Below the pieces are notes generated by a model that worked only from the letters and a program-made list of their open reading frames with translations, ran no database searches and was not told where the DNA came from. Shown in pieces: positions 1 through 6,722 of a stretch of DNA of 35,776 bases; the first letter of the stretch is position 1, and every line of letters begins with the position of its first letter. Source of the stretch: a virus; the IMG/VR virus record IMGVR_UViG_3300045988_122132; one strand, given 5' to 3'. Both the position numbers and the translations under genes were made by a program.

Positions 1-141
1 GCTTTTTTTGGTCTGCCGCCTTTGCGCCCGTTTTCGGCCTTTTTTTCGAGTTCGGCCTGTGCCCGGTCTATATTTTGCTTTGCTATTGGCCACACAAATC
101 GCTCGGCTCCCGAAAGCGTCCCCGCTTCGCCCGTCGATGCA
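1..141. repeat. Terminal direct repeat, copy 1 (identical to 35636..35776)
   Basis: A base-by-base read shows that gctttttttggtctgccgcc...ccgtcgatgca occurs at both ends of the window. Confidence 0.95.
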
Positions 142-236
142 TATTGCAGCATCGACATGAAAAGACGGCCCCGCTCGGCATCCGAAAGCGCCTCCATGGC
201 CTCGGCAAAGTCTGTATAGACTTTAAGATACTTCAT
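1..236 (-). CDS. Replisome organizer / DnaD-like replication initiation protein, N-terminal part (gene wraps the junction)
   Basis: ATG at 236..234 preceded by AAAAAGGAGAAG. It translates to MKYLKVYTDFAEAMEALSDAERGRLFMSMLQYASTGEAGTLSGAERFVWPIAKQNIDRAQ. After removing the 141-nt duplicate it continues in frame into 35224..35776, giving 648 nt in total. Confidence 0.75.
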   Translation of the reverse strand, partial: MKYLKVYTDFAEAMEALSDAERGRLFMSMLQYASTGEAGTLSGAERFVWPIAKQNIDRAQAELEKKAENGRKGGRPKK

Positions 237-301
237 AGCCTTGCTTCTCCTTTTTCGTTGGGGCGGTATCACAGCTCCGCCCCGGCGCTGTTTTTATCTT
301 C

Positions 302-354
302 AAGCGACCAGACCATAATCTATATAGATTAAATTTGCTAACGTGCGGTCGCTT
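302..354. promoter_or_regulatory. Nested palindromic element in the non-coding gap upstream of the replisome organizer gene
   Basis: Inverted repeat AAGCGACC (302..309) / GGTCGCTT (347..354) encloses a perfect 16-bp palindrome TAATCTATATAGATTA (316..331). A second hairpin GGGGCGG-N10-CCGCCCC lies at about 261..284. Confidence 0.4.
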
Positions 355-376
355 AAAAGCTTTTTTCCGCCGCGGC

Positions 377-405
377 TTGTGTAAACGGCATTGATGTGAT
401 ATAAT
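377..405 (+). promoter_or_regulatory. Candidate antisense promoter (extended -10)
   Basis: TTGTGT (377..382), 17-nt spacer, then TGaTATAAT (397..405). It points opposite to the early genes, and no plausible plus-strand CDS lies downstream. Confidence 0.3.
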
Positions 406-450
406 ATCAATGCGGTCTTTAAGACTGCGGCTTTATCTGGCTCACCGTTG

Positions 451-579
451 TTAACTCCCTCGGTGGGCTTTCTTTTTGTCCTTCGCCGCCTCCTTGCGGC
501 AGATGTCAAAAGCAATCGCCAGCAGTATAGCCTCGCCAGCCAGCATGTACACCCATAATGCGATATACCATACGTTCAT
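451..579 (-). CDS. Small membrane protein (42 aa, hypothetical)
   Basis: Encodes MNVWYIALWVYMLAGEAILLAIAFDICRKEAAKDKKKAHRGS, with one hydrophobic helix and a basic tail. Its start overlaps the upstream stop as ATGA. It is too short to appear in the ORF track. Confidence 0.4.
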   Translation of the reverse strand: MNVWYIALWVYMLAGEAILLAIAFDICRKEAAKDKKKAHRGS

Positions 580-710
580 CTTTTCTTACGCCTTTCTGCG
601 TCTATGTGTGCTGACCGCACCCAATACGCTTCCTTCTGTCCGCGCAGTTTGTCCTTCCTTCTGTCCGCCACGGCGCGGGCGATAAATTCAGCCCTTGTCA
701 GCTTCGCCAT
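576..710 (-). CDS. Small basic protein (44 aa, hypothetical)
   Basis: Encodes MAKLTRAEFIARAVADRRKDKLRGQKEAYWVRSAHIDAERRKKR. The ATG lies 4 nt after the stop of the upstream gene, and its own stop overlaps the next start, suggesting translational coupling. Confidence 0.35.
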   Translation of the reverse strand: MAKLTRAEFIARAVADRRKDKLRGQKEAYWVRSAHIDAERRKKR

Positions 711-713
711 AGT

Positions 714-1013
714 CTACCTCCCTATAATGGCAAAATCGGGGTATTTTTGCTTGCGCGTCTTGCCCGTCTCTGCCATGTGCGCCATGCTCCGCACCATCAC
801 CAGCGGCTTTTCCCCGCCTGTGCCCGTAAGCCGCCCGTCGGCCAGCATCCGCCGCACAGTAACGGGGCTGACATTCAGCAGTTCAGCGGCCTGTGCGGTG
901 GGGACGTATTCTCCGTGCGCGTGTACCATGCGATCTTCCACCGCCGCGGCATCGTTTATACGCTCGTCCACGGCTTGCTGTATCATCTCCCGCATCATCT
1001 TTTCAAAATCCAC
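714..1013 (-). CDS. Excisionase-type (MerR/Xis-like) helix-turn-helix DNA-binding protein
   Basis: The segment TAQAAELLNVSPVTVRRMLADGRL is typical of excisionase-family HTH domains. The gene sits in the early operon. Confidence 0.65.
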   Translation of the reverse strand: MDFEKMMREMIQQAVDERINDAAAVEDRMVHAHGEYVPTAQAAELLNVSPVTVRRMLADGRLTGTGGEKPLVMVRSMAHMAETGKTRKQKYPDFAIIGR

Positions 1014-1386
1014 TGCCCTCGCCCTCCCATTGTAGCTCTGTGATCTTTACTCCACGGTATATGGTCGCTGCCCGCTTCCACTTCTCGCCCACCGGCTCTT
1101 GCTCTTCCTCCCACTTCTCCCCGGTGATGCGCTCAAAGGCTTTCCTGCCCGATAGGAGCTGGATGTGCTGCCCGTGCTCTCGATCCATGATACCGTGGTC
1201 ATAGTCGAGGGTCGCGCAGGGTATAATCCCGCACTCCCTCAGCAGCCCATCAGCTACGCGCATGGCGAATATGGCTTTCACTATCATCCGGCACGCCCTA
1301 TCAAGCTTCTCCCTGTCGCTCTCGCGCTCACAGTCGCAGCGCTCCCCGCTGTCAAGGTTTGCCCCGCAATTTTCACATTTCCTCAT
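1003..1386 (-). CDS. Hypothetical early protein with N-terminal Cys4 zinc ribbon
   Basis: Starts MRKCENCGANLDSGERCDCE, giving a CxxC...CxC pattern. Strong RBS GAAGGAGGAAAGAGGAAATG. Confidence 0.6.
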   Translation of the reverse strand: MRKCENCGANLDSGERCDCERESDREKLDRACRMIVKAIFAMRVADGLLRECGIIPCATLDYDHGIMDREHGQHIQLLSGRKAFERITGEKWEEEQEPVGEKWKRAATIYRGVKITELQWEGEGSGF

Positions 1387-1419
1387 TTCCTCTTTCCTCC
1401 TTCTTTATGCGTCTTACTT

Positions 1420-1436
1420 TGACACTTATAGTGTCA
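1420..1436. promoter_or_regulatory. Operator-like palindrome TGACAC-N5-GTGTCA
   Basis: TGACACTTATAGTGTCA lies 4 nt downstream of the cro-like stop codon. It has the same half-sites and spacing as the site at 1687..1703. Confidence 0.5.
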
Positions 1437-1439
1437 CAT

Positions 1440-1646
1440 TTAGGCAAAAAATATATCTTGCACGGAGTGCCCGTAGTACGATGCGATTTCCATTTTTACT
1501 TCATCGCGCGGGGTTCTCGCGCCAAGCTCATACATACCAAGCGCAGCTGATGATATACCGATCTCGGCGGCGGCTGTGTCTCTCGATACTCCTTTTGCCT
1601 TGCGATAAGCTCTAAGCCTCATCCCAACCGCAGTTTTGTCTGGCAT
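1440..1646 (-). CDS. Cro-like XRE-family HTH regulator
   Basis: The segment GMRLRAYRKAKGVSRDTAAAEIGISSAALGMYELGARTP is an HTH_3 pattern. The gene is divergent from a second XRE gene. RBS AAGGAGGAAAAAAGATG. Confidence 0.85.
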   Translation of the reverse strand: MPDKTAVGMRLRAYRKAKGVSRDTAAAEIGISSAALGMYELGARTPRDEVKMEIASYYGHSVQDIFFA

Positions 1647-1675
1647 CTTTTTTCCTCCTTTTGGTTTATGGGTAC

Positions 1676-1704
1676 ATTATACATCTTGACACTATATGTG
1701 TCAA
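1676..1704 (-). promoter_or_regulatory. Consensus sigma-70-type early promoter for the cro-like operon
   Basis: The minus strand reads TTGACA (1704..1699), then an exactly 17-nt spacer, then TATAAT (1681..1676). Confidence 0.65.
1686..1704. promoter_or_regulatory. Operator palindrome overlapping the early promoter -35 and spacer
   Basis: TTGACAC-TATAT-GTGTCAA is a perfect inverted repeat. Confidence 0.6.
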
Positions 1705-1726
1705 CACCTTTTGTGACATTTTCTTC

Positions 1727-1755
1727 TTGCTTTTTGTCACGACTTGTGACATAAT
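1727..1755 (+). promoter_or_regulatory. Candidate repressor-gene promoter with embedded operator
   Basis: TTGCTT (1727..1732), 17-nt spacer, then TGaCATAAT (1747..1755). The palindrome TGTCAC-N5-GTGACA (1735..1751) fills the spacer. An extra half-site GTGACA lies at 1713..1718. Confidence 0.45.
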
Positions 1756-1781
1756 ATATAGAGAAAGGGGTGATTATATAT

Positions 1782-2093
1782 ATGGGCGGGTTAAATGACA
1801 GGATAAAGGAGCTGCGCATACTAAACAAGGACACCCAAGCAGATTTGGCAGAAAAACTCGGAATGTCGCGCAGCTACATATCTATGCTCGAGTGCGGCAA
1901 GCGCGAACCTCAGCGCGAAGAGCTCGAAGCTATTGCCGATATATACAACGTTGATATGAATTACTTATACGGGAAACAAAGCGAAATGAACTCACACCGG
2001 CTCGTTACTGATGCAGAGTTTCAGTTAATACTTGCTTATCGCAAGGCATCGCCGGAAGCCCGCGCGATAATCGATCGGATTGTAGAACGTTGA
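1782..2093 (+). CDS. CI-like XRE-family repressor
   Basis: Encodes MGGLNDRIKELRILNKDTQADLAEKLGMSRSYISMLECGKREP, an HTH_3 pattern. I prefer the ATG at 1782 (RBS AAAGGGGTGA) over the GTG at 1770 in the ORF track. Confidence 0.85.
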   Translation: MGGLNDRIKELRILNKDTQADLAEKLGMSRSYISMLECGKREPQREELEAIADIYNVDMNYLYGKQSEMNSHRLVTDAEFQLILAYRKASPEARAIIDRIVER

Positions 2094-2157
2094 TGATTTC
2101 GGCAAGCTTCTGGGGGTCGCGAATGGCATTAAGCAGCGCGTTTTCTTTTTTGGTCAT
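2005..2157 (-). CDS. Small hypothetical protein (50 aa), convergent with and overlapping the repressor 3' end
   Basis: ACGGAGGATAATACGATG is a very good RBS. It encodes MTKKENALLNAIRDPQKLAEIINVLQ.... Only this distal part of the 130-aa track ORF has a start signal. Confidence 0.35.
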   Translation of the reverse strand: MTKKENALLNAIRDPQKLAEIINVLQSDRLSRGLPAMPCDKQVLTETLHQ

Positions 2158-2334
2158 CGTATTATCCTCCGTGAAAAAATTGTTAAGATATGATACCATA
2201 TCACAGACACCATACATCATATAATCTATGGTAGGTGGAGGGGGCGACGGAGAAGCAAGGTAAGGATGCGCCGCCCCCGGGTGCGCCCCTATGCGCAAGT
2301 ATAAAATACTACACACACGGCAAAATTGATATCG

Positions 2335-2411
2335 CCAAAAATGGAAAAGCGCGCCAGAAACGGAATTAGCGCATCCGAAAATGGAAAAAGGCAACACCGA
2401 AAATGGAAAAG
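2335..2411 (+). repeat. Three direct repeats CC(A/G)AAAATGGAAAA(A)G upstream of the membrane-HTH gene
   Basis: Copies at 2335..2349, 2375..2390 and 2397..2411, with start-to-start spacings of 40 and 22 nt. Confidence 0.5.
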
Positions 2412-2421
2412 GGGGAGAGAA

Positions 2422-2892
2422 ATGGGCATTTTTGAGGACAATAATCGGAAATACGCAGATGCGTTTACACGAATGCGTGAAAAGCGAGGGATCTCCTTAC
2501 AGGACGTGTCAAAGCGCAGCGGCATAGCCGCCTCCACGCTTACCCGCACGCTGCAAGGCACAACCGGAACGCCAATGGCAACTTATGAAATACTTGTTAC
2601 CCAAGGCTTAGGCGCGACAATGTATGAATTTATGGATGAGATTTACGGCCCCGTGCCGCAGGGGGCCGAAGCGCCTACACAGAGGTATACAGCCGCAGTC
2701 AGGCTACTGCTTGCCGAAAAGGATAGGCGCATACAGCATCTTGGCAAATGGCTTCGGTGGGCGGTGATATACAGCGTAAGCGTAACCGGCATATTGATAG
2801 GCTTTTCCTTGTATGACGTGCTCAGCCCCGCCGCGGGATGGCTCAGGCGGCACGCAGAAGCCGCGCAGAGCATGAAAGGCTCGATTTTATAA
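2422..2892 (+). CDS. Membrane-anchored XRE-like HTH protein
   Basis: RBS AAGGGGGAGAGAAATG. The HTH segment is MREKRGISLQDVSKRSGIAASTLTRTLQG. A C-terminal hydrophobic helix WAVIYSVSVTGILIGFSLYDVL follows. Confidence 0.7.
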   Translation: MGIFEDNNRKYADAFTRMREKRGISLQDVSKRSGIAASTLTRTLQGTTGTPMATYEILVTQGLGATMYEFMDEIYGPVPQGAEAPTQRYTAAVRLLLAEKDRRIQHLGKWLRWAVIYSVSVTGILIGFSLYDVLSPAAGWLRRHAEAAQSMKGSIL

Positions 2893-2911
2893 AAAGATAG
2901 GAGGAAACGAC

Positions 2912-3847
2912 ATGACAAAAAAGCTTGCAAAAGTCCGCGAAAACAAGGGCAAGGCCGTGAATGCGCTGCCGGAGGATTATGTGGCGCTGGACTTGGAGAC
3001 AACAGGGCTTGACCCGGAATGGGATAGCATCATTGAGATAGGCATGGTGCGCGTCCGCCGCGGCGAGGTAGTGGCGGAGTATAGCACGCTTGTGAACCCG
3101 GGCATGCCGATAGATGATTTTATCGCCGAGCTGACGGGCATCACAAACGATATGCTTGCAGCCGCCCCGGCGCTGCCGGAGGTGCTTCCCGCCGCCCGTG
3201 AATTTCTGGGCGACGATATCATTTTAGGCCATAATATCAATTTTGATATCAATTTTATCTATGATAATTGCGAGTGCCAAGGCTTGAAGCCCGTAAGCAA
3301 TGGCTATATAGACACCATGCGCATATCGCGGCGAGTGCTGCCCGACTTGAAGCACCACAGGCTCGGGGACATTGTGAATGCGCTTGGCGTTGACCATGCG
3401 CAGGCTCACCGCGCCATAGGTGACTGCCATGCCACGATCGGCTGCTATAAGGCATTGCTGGCACATATAGACGCGGGCGCGGGACGAGAGGCGTACATCA
3501 CGGAGGTAAGCCGCCACGGCGCACAAAGGCCAGACTTGCACGCACTTACGGCAGACGGTACGGCGGTGGACGAGATGCACCCGCTGTATGGCAAGCATTG
3601 CGTATTTACTGGCACGCTTGCCAAAATGGTGCGCCTGGACGCGGCGCAGGCCGTGGTAAATGTCGGTGGGCTGTGCGACAACGGGGTTACCAAGGACACC
3701 AATTTTTTGATTTTGGGCGCGAGCGATTACAGCAAAATCAAGGACGGCAAAAGCAACAAGCTGAAACGGGCTGAAAGCCTGATCGCCAAAGGCGCAGACT
3801 TGCAGATAATATCGGAGAATGTATTTTACGATTTGATGAATTTATAA
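2912..3847 (+). CDS. DnaQ-like DEDDh 3'-5' exonuclease fused to a C-terminal BRCT domain
   Basis: Exo I is ALDLETTG, Exo II is GHNINFD and Exo III is HRAIGDCHAT. The C-terminal segment CVFTGTLAKMVRLDAAQAVVNVGGLCDNGVTKDTNFLILG resembles the ligase-type BRCT. Confidence 0.85.
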   Translation: MTKKLAKVRENKGKAVNALPEDYVALDLETTGLDPEWDSIIEIGMVRVRRGEVVAEYSTLVNPGMPIDDFIAELTGITNDMLAAAPALPEVLPAAREFLGDDIILGHNINFDINFIYDNCECQGLKPVSNGYIDTMRISRRVLPDLKHHRLGDIVNALGVDHAQAHRAIGDCHATIGCYKALLAHIDAGAGREAYITEVSRHGAQRPDLHALTADGTAVDEMHPLYGKHCVFTGTLAKMVRLDAAQAVVNVGGLCDNGVTKDTNFLILGASDYSKIKDGKSNKLKRAESLIAKGADLQIISENVFYDLMNL

Positions 3848-3954
3848 AAAATCCGTGCAGATTGCCGCTGCACGGTACAAAGGAAAGGGAGCGAGATATA
3901 GCCGAACTACGCTCGCCCCTATTATATCATAAAATCACAAAGGGGGCAATGAAA

Positions 3955-5097
3955 ATGGCAAAGCAAAAAGACGGAAGATACCGTGCAAAAATAACCGTAG
4001 GCACGGACGCGAACGGCAAAAGCATAGTCAAGTATGTATCAGGGCGGACGAAAAAGGAGCTTGAAGCGGCTAAGGCGGCGGCGCGTGAAAAGTACATCAC
4101 GGGGGCAAACGCCGTGCCGGAGGGGATACTTTTTGACCGATACGCGCTAAGCTGGTATGAGGTGTATAAGCAGCCGCATATAGGCGTGTCCGCGCAAATG
4201 TCATACCGCACGGCACTATATAAGCATATCTTCCCCGCGTTGGCGGGGCGAAGGCTGACGGCAATCACCACGGAGGACTTGCAGCGGCTGCTGAACACCA
4301 AGGCCGACACGTGCGCCGCCATAATAGGCAACATATCTACAATCCTGCGCGGGGTATTTCAGCGGGCGTATAGTCAGGGGCTTATCCCGCGTGACATCAC
4401 GGTCGGGCTTACAATCCCGTCCAAGCCCAAGGAGACGCGCAGGGCATTAACGGACGCGGAGACGGATGCGGTTCTGCGCCTGATGGATGAGGACGGCACG
4501 CTAATGCTTGCCCTGCTGTACTACACGGGTATGCGCTACGGCGAGGCTTGCGGCCTGCAATGGCGGCACGTTGACTTCAAAGCGGGGACAATCCGCATAG
4601 AGCAGCAGGCGGCGGGCAAGACGGGGGAGATAGATGCACCCAAAACGGATAAGTCCGTGCGGACGATACCCATGCCGCGCGAACTGGCGGACAAGCTGCG
4701 CCCCGTGCGCGGGCTGCCGCAGTCGTATGTAGTGCCGTCGTCCACAGGGTCATATCACCGCAATGCGACGCGATACCGCCTATGGGACGACTTAATGGCG
4801 CGGCTGTACGATATCGCGCCGGAGATTGACGCGATTGAAAAGGGCGGGCGGATGATATCGGTCATAACCCCGCATTACCTTCGGCATAATTATGCCAGCG
4901 TGCTGTATAACGCGGGCGTGGACGTGCTTTCCGCCCAAAGATATTTAGGCCACGCTAACGCAAAAATCACCCTCGAAATTTATTCACACCTTTCGGCACA
5001 GAAGGAAAAATACAGTGCAGAGCAGTTACAGGGCGCGTTTGAGAAAAGTTGCCGTAAAGTTGCCAGTCCCAAAGCGCACGGCAACGGCGGCAATTAA
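3955..5097 (+). CDS. int: Tyrosine recombinase (phage integrase) with N-terminal arm-binding domain
   Basis: The catalytic pattern is present: TGMRYGEACGLQW (R), HYLRHNYAS (HxxR) and LGHANAKITLEIYSH (H...Y). N-terminus DGRYRAKITVGTDANGKSIVKYVSGRTKKELE. The ATG at 3955 has better spacing from GGGGG than the ATG at 3949. Confidence 0.9.
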   Translation: MAKQKDGRYRAKITVGTDANGKSIVKYVSGRTKKELEAAKAAAREKYITGANAVPEGILFDRYALSWYEVYKQPHIGVSAQMSYRTALYKHIFPALAGRRLTAITTEDLQRLLNTKADTCAAIIGNISTILRGVFQRAYSQGLIPRDITVGLTIPSKPKETRRALTDAETDAVLRLMDEDGTLMLALLYYTGMRYGEACGLQWRHVDFKAGTIRIEQQAAGKTGEIDAPKTDKSVRTIPMPRELADKLRPVRGLPQSYVVPSSTGSYHRNATRYRLWDDLMARLYDIAPEIDAIEKGGRMISVITPHYLRHNYASVLYNAGVDVLSAQRYLGHANAKITLEIYSHLSAQKEKYSAEQLQGAFEKSCRKVASPKAHGNGGN

Positions 5098-5283
5098 AAA
5101 ATGCCTAATTTACTAAGAAAAAGCACCCATTTTTATGAGTGCTTTTCTTCTTTGGTATCCGGCAGCTACTTGGATTTTTTGCCCACCAAAGTACGCCATT
5201 GCGCCGAAAAACATAGATATTTAGGCATTTTCACAAACAGCCGTTAGCGCGAGCGCGCAATAAAAAGTTGCCGCAAAGTTGCC
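5044..5283. other. Candidate attP region (arm-type repeats flanking a core)
   Basis: A 21-nt direct repeat AAAAGTTGCCG(T/C)AAAGTTGCC occurs at 5044..5064 (inside the int 3' end) and at 5263..5283. Each copy is a tandem AAAGTTGCC dimer. An inverted repeat AAAATGCCTAA occurs at about 5099..5109 and 5219..5229. Confidence 0.45.
5118..5150 (+). terminator. Rho-independent terminator after int
   Basis: GCACCCAT-TTTT-ATGAGTGC is an 8-bp stem with one mismatch (5123..5142). It is followed by TTTTCTTCTTT and preceded by an A-run. Confidence 0.7.
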
Positions 5284-5302
5284 GGGGGTTGGTGTAAATA
5301 GG

Positions 5303-5611
5303 TTACGCCTTATACATCTCCTGATACCTTTTTACACGTTCCGTCTTGTCTATCTGCTTGCCGTGTAAATAGTTATACAGCGTCAGCATATCGGCGGGCG
5401 GGTCGCCATGCTTGGCCTTGTAGTCCGATATGGCGCGGACTACAAGGTCGTGCAGCATGGATGCGTGGGTCAGCTCCTGCCCCGATATGGTGTACAGGGT
5501 CTGCGCTACGGTCGGCATATCGTCCTTGACCGCAAGCGCCCACTTAGCATACTTTTCAGCGTCCGCGACTTCTTCACAAATCTGGTCGGACAAATCGTTA
5601 ATCAGTTTCAT
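5303..5611 (-). CDS. Cargo protein E: small all-helical protein, possibly ferritin-like (hypothetical)
   Basis: 102 aa containing EEVADAEKY and GQELTHASMLH, an E...ExxH-like pattern. Its start overlaps the upstream stop as ATGA. Confidence 0.6.
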   Translation of the reverse strand: MKLINDLSDQICEEVADAEKYAKWALAVKDDMPTVAQTLYTISGQELTHASMLHDLVVRAISDYKAKHGDPPADMLTLYNYLHGKQIDKTERVKRYQEMYKA

Positions 5612-6018
5612 TTCTTTGCTGCCTCCGCCACGGTGGCGACGGCTCCGCCAGTCAGACCCGTCAAGTCGTTATTCGGCGCACAAGGCGGGTTGCCGAACAG
5701 CTTAAAAGTCCCGCCCGTGGGGGTGGTGGATACCACGGTGCTGTATTTGGTGCGCTTGCGCATGCTGCACGCGGTGACTTGTGCGCAGCAACGGTTTATC
5801 AGGGGATACTGCGCCGTGCCTGTACCGATGGTGATATATACGGGCGCGGATATGGTGGTGGTATCGGGTATGCTCTGCGCCACGACGATGCAATACTTCC
5901 CACCGTTGGCGTACACGCCTGCGGGCAGATTGATAATAAGCCCAGTACCCGCCACAAATGTCACGGACTGGGATATAATCAGGTGGGGGCAAAGCTGGCA
6001 TATATTCTTACAAGCCAT
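5608..6018 (-). CDS. Cargo protein D: Cys-rich, probably beta-rich small protein (hypothetical)
   Basis: 136 aa with 8 Cys, including MACKNICQLCP and NRCCAQVTAC. The sequence is rich in T, V, I and G. RBS GAAAGGAGAAAATTATG. Confidence 0.6.
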   Translation of the reverse strand: MACKNICQLCPHLIISQSVTFVAGTGLIINLPAGVYANGGKYCIVVAQSIPDTTTISAPVYITIGTGTAQYPLINRCCAQVTACSMRKRTKYSTVVSTTPTGGTFKLFGNPPCAPNNDLTGLTGGAVATVAEAAKK

Positions 6019-6040
6019 AATTTTCTCCTTTCATAATTAA

Positions 6041-6060
6041 GGGGCGGTCTAAGCCGCCCC
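6041..6060 (-). terminator. GC hairpin between cargo genes C and D (possible attenuator)
   Basis: GGGGCGG-N6-CCGCCCC. On the minus strand it is followed by TTAATTAT and then the RBS of gene D. Confidence 0.35.
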
Positions 6061-6095
6061 GATAGTCACGGCAATGCCGGATAGTGTGTCATGTC

Positions 6096-6722
6096 TTAGC
6101 AGCAGCTATTGCCGCAGCCGCAGCCGGAGCCGCAAAACGGGCTATTCCCGGCGTTGTAAGTGTAGCCGTTGGGGTAGCGTACCACGCCCGTCAGCTGCTC
6201 GCGCACAAACAGCTGGTTATTAGCCTGCTCAAGCTGGGCTATGCGCTGCTCAAGCTGCGCCTTTTCGAGCGCCGCGAATTTTGCGTCGATGTTGGCGTTG
6301 ATGGCATCCATGCCACGCTGTACGGCGCAGCAGCACTCCGCCATCTGGGACTGTATGCCGTTCGCGGACTGCATCACGGTCATATTCGTGCCGTTCTGCG
6401 CGAGGGCCATTTCCTTCCCAAGCTGGCCGATATTGCCCTGCATATCGTAGCCAAGGCTGCATATGCCGTTGCCAATGTTGGTCAAGCGGTCATTAAGCTG
6501 GCCAAAATGCTGGCCGAAAAGGATTTCCTGCTGCGTCGCTGCGGTCGCGTACTGGCCGTAGTCACCGTTGCCACGGTTGCCCCAGCCGCCAAAGCCTCCG
6601 CCCATCATAGCCAAAAGCACGATAAGAGCGAATATCCAAAAACCTCCGCCCATGCTGCCGCCAAGGCCGTCGTTTTTGTCCGTTACGGCGGCGATATCCG
6701 CCAAAGAGGGTACATTATCCAT
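6096..6722 (-). CDS. Cargo protein C: membrane-anchored Q/N-rich protein with C-terminal Cys cluster (hypothetical)
   Basis: 208 aa. A Gly-flanked TM helix GGGFWIFALIVLLAMMGGGFGGWG is followed by AECCCAVQ and a heptad-like segment LEKAQLEQRIAQLEQANNQL. The C-terminus is FCGSGCGCGNSCC. RBS GAAGGAGAAAGACAATG. Confidence 0.65.
   Translation of the reverse strand: MDNVPSLADIAAVTDKNDGLGGSMGGGFWIFALIVLLAMMGGGFGGWGNRGNGDYGQYATAATQQEILFGQHFGQLNDRLTNIGNGICSLGYDMQGNIGQLGKEMALAQNGTNMTVMQSANGIQSQMAECCCAVQRGMDAINANIDAKFAALEKAQLEQRIAQLEQANNQLFVREQLTGVVRYPNGYTYNAGNSPFCGSGCGCGNSCC

Noticed and set aside
1-141. Terminal repeat as a biological LTR, att duplication or insertion-sequence end.
   Set aside because: The repeat is internal to an essential replication gene, and removing one copy restores the reading frame. 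No transposase or target-site logic is present. A true virion DTR cannot be excluded without reads, but a coding-internal overlap of exactly 141 nt points to contig circularisation.
300-515. 71-aa minus-strand ORF in the early non-coding island.
   Set aside because: It has no RBS and an Arg-run composition (AARRRRRTKRK). It overlaps the better-supported 42-aa membrane ORF in another frame and runs through the palindromic region.
2158-2421. N-terminal extensions of track ORFs: the 130-aa version of 2005..2397 and the 188-aa version starting at 2326.
   Set aside because: The upstream parts cross a promoter or repeat region. The ENGK and MEK residues simply translate the three DNA repeats. Good RBSs exist only at the internal ATGs 2157 and 2422.
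5098-5302. tRNA or tmRNA fragment at the attachment site.
   Set aside because: No T-arm-like GGTTCGAATCC sequence, acceptor-stem complementarity or CCA context was seen. Only the terminator hairpin and arm-type repeats are present.
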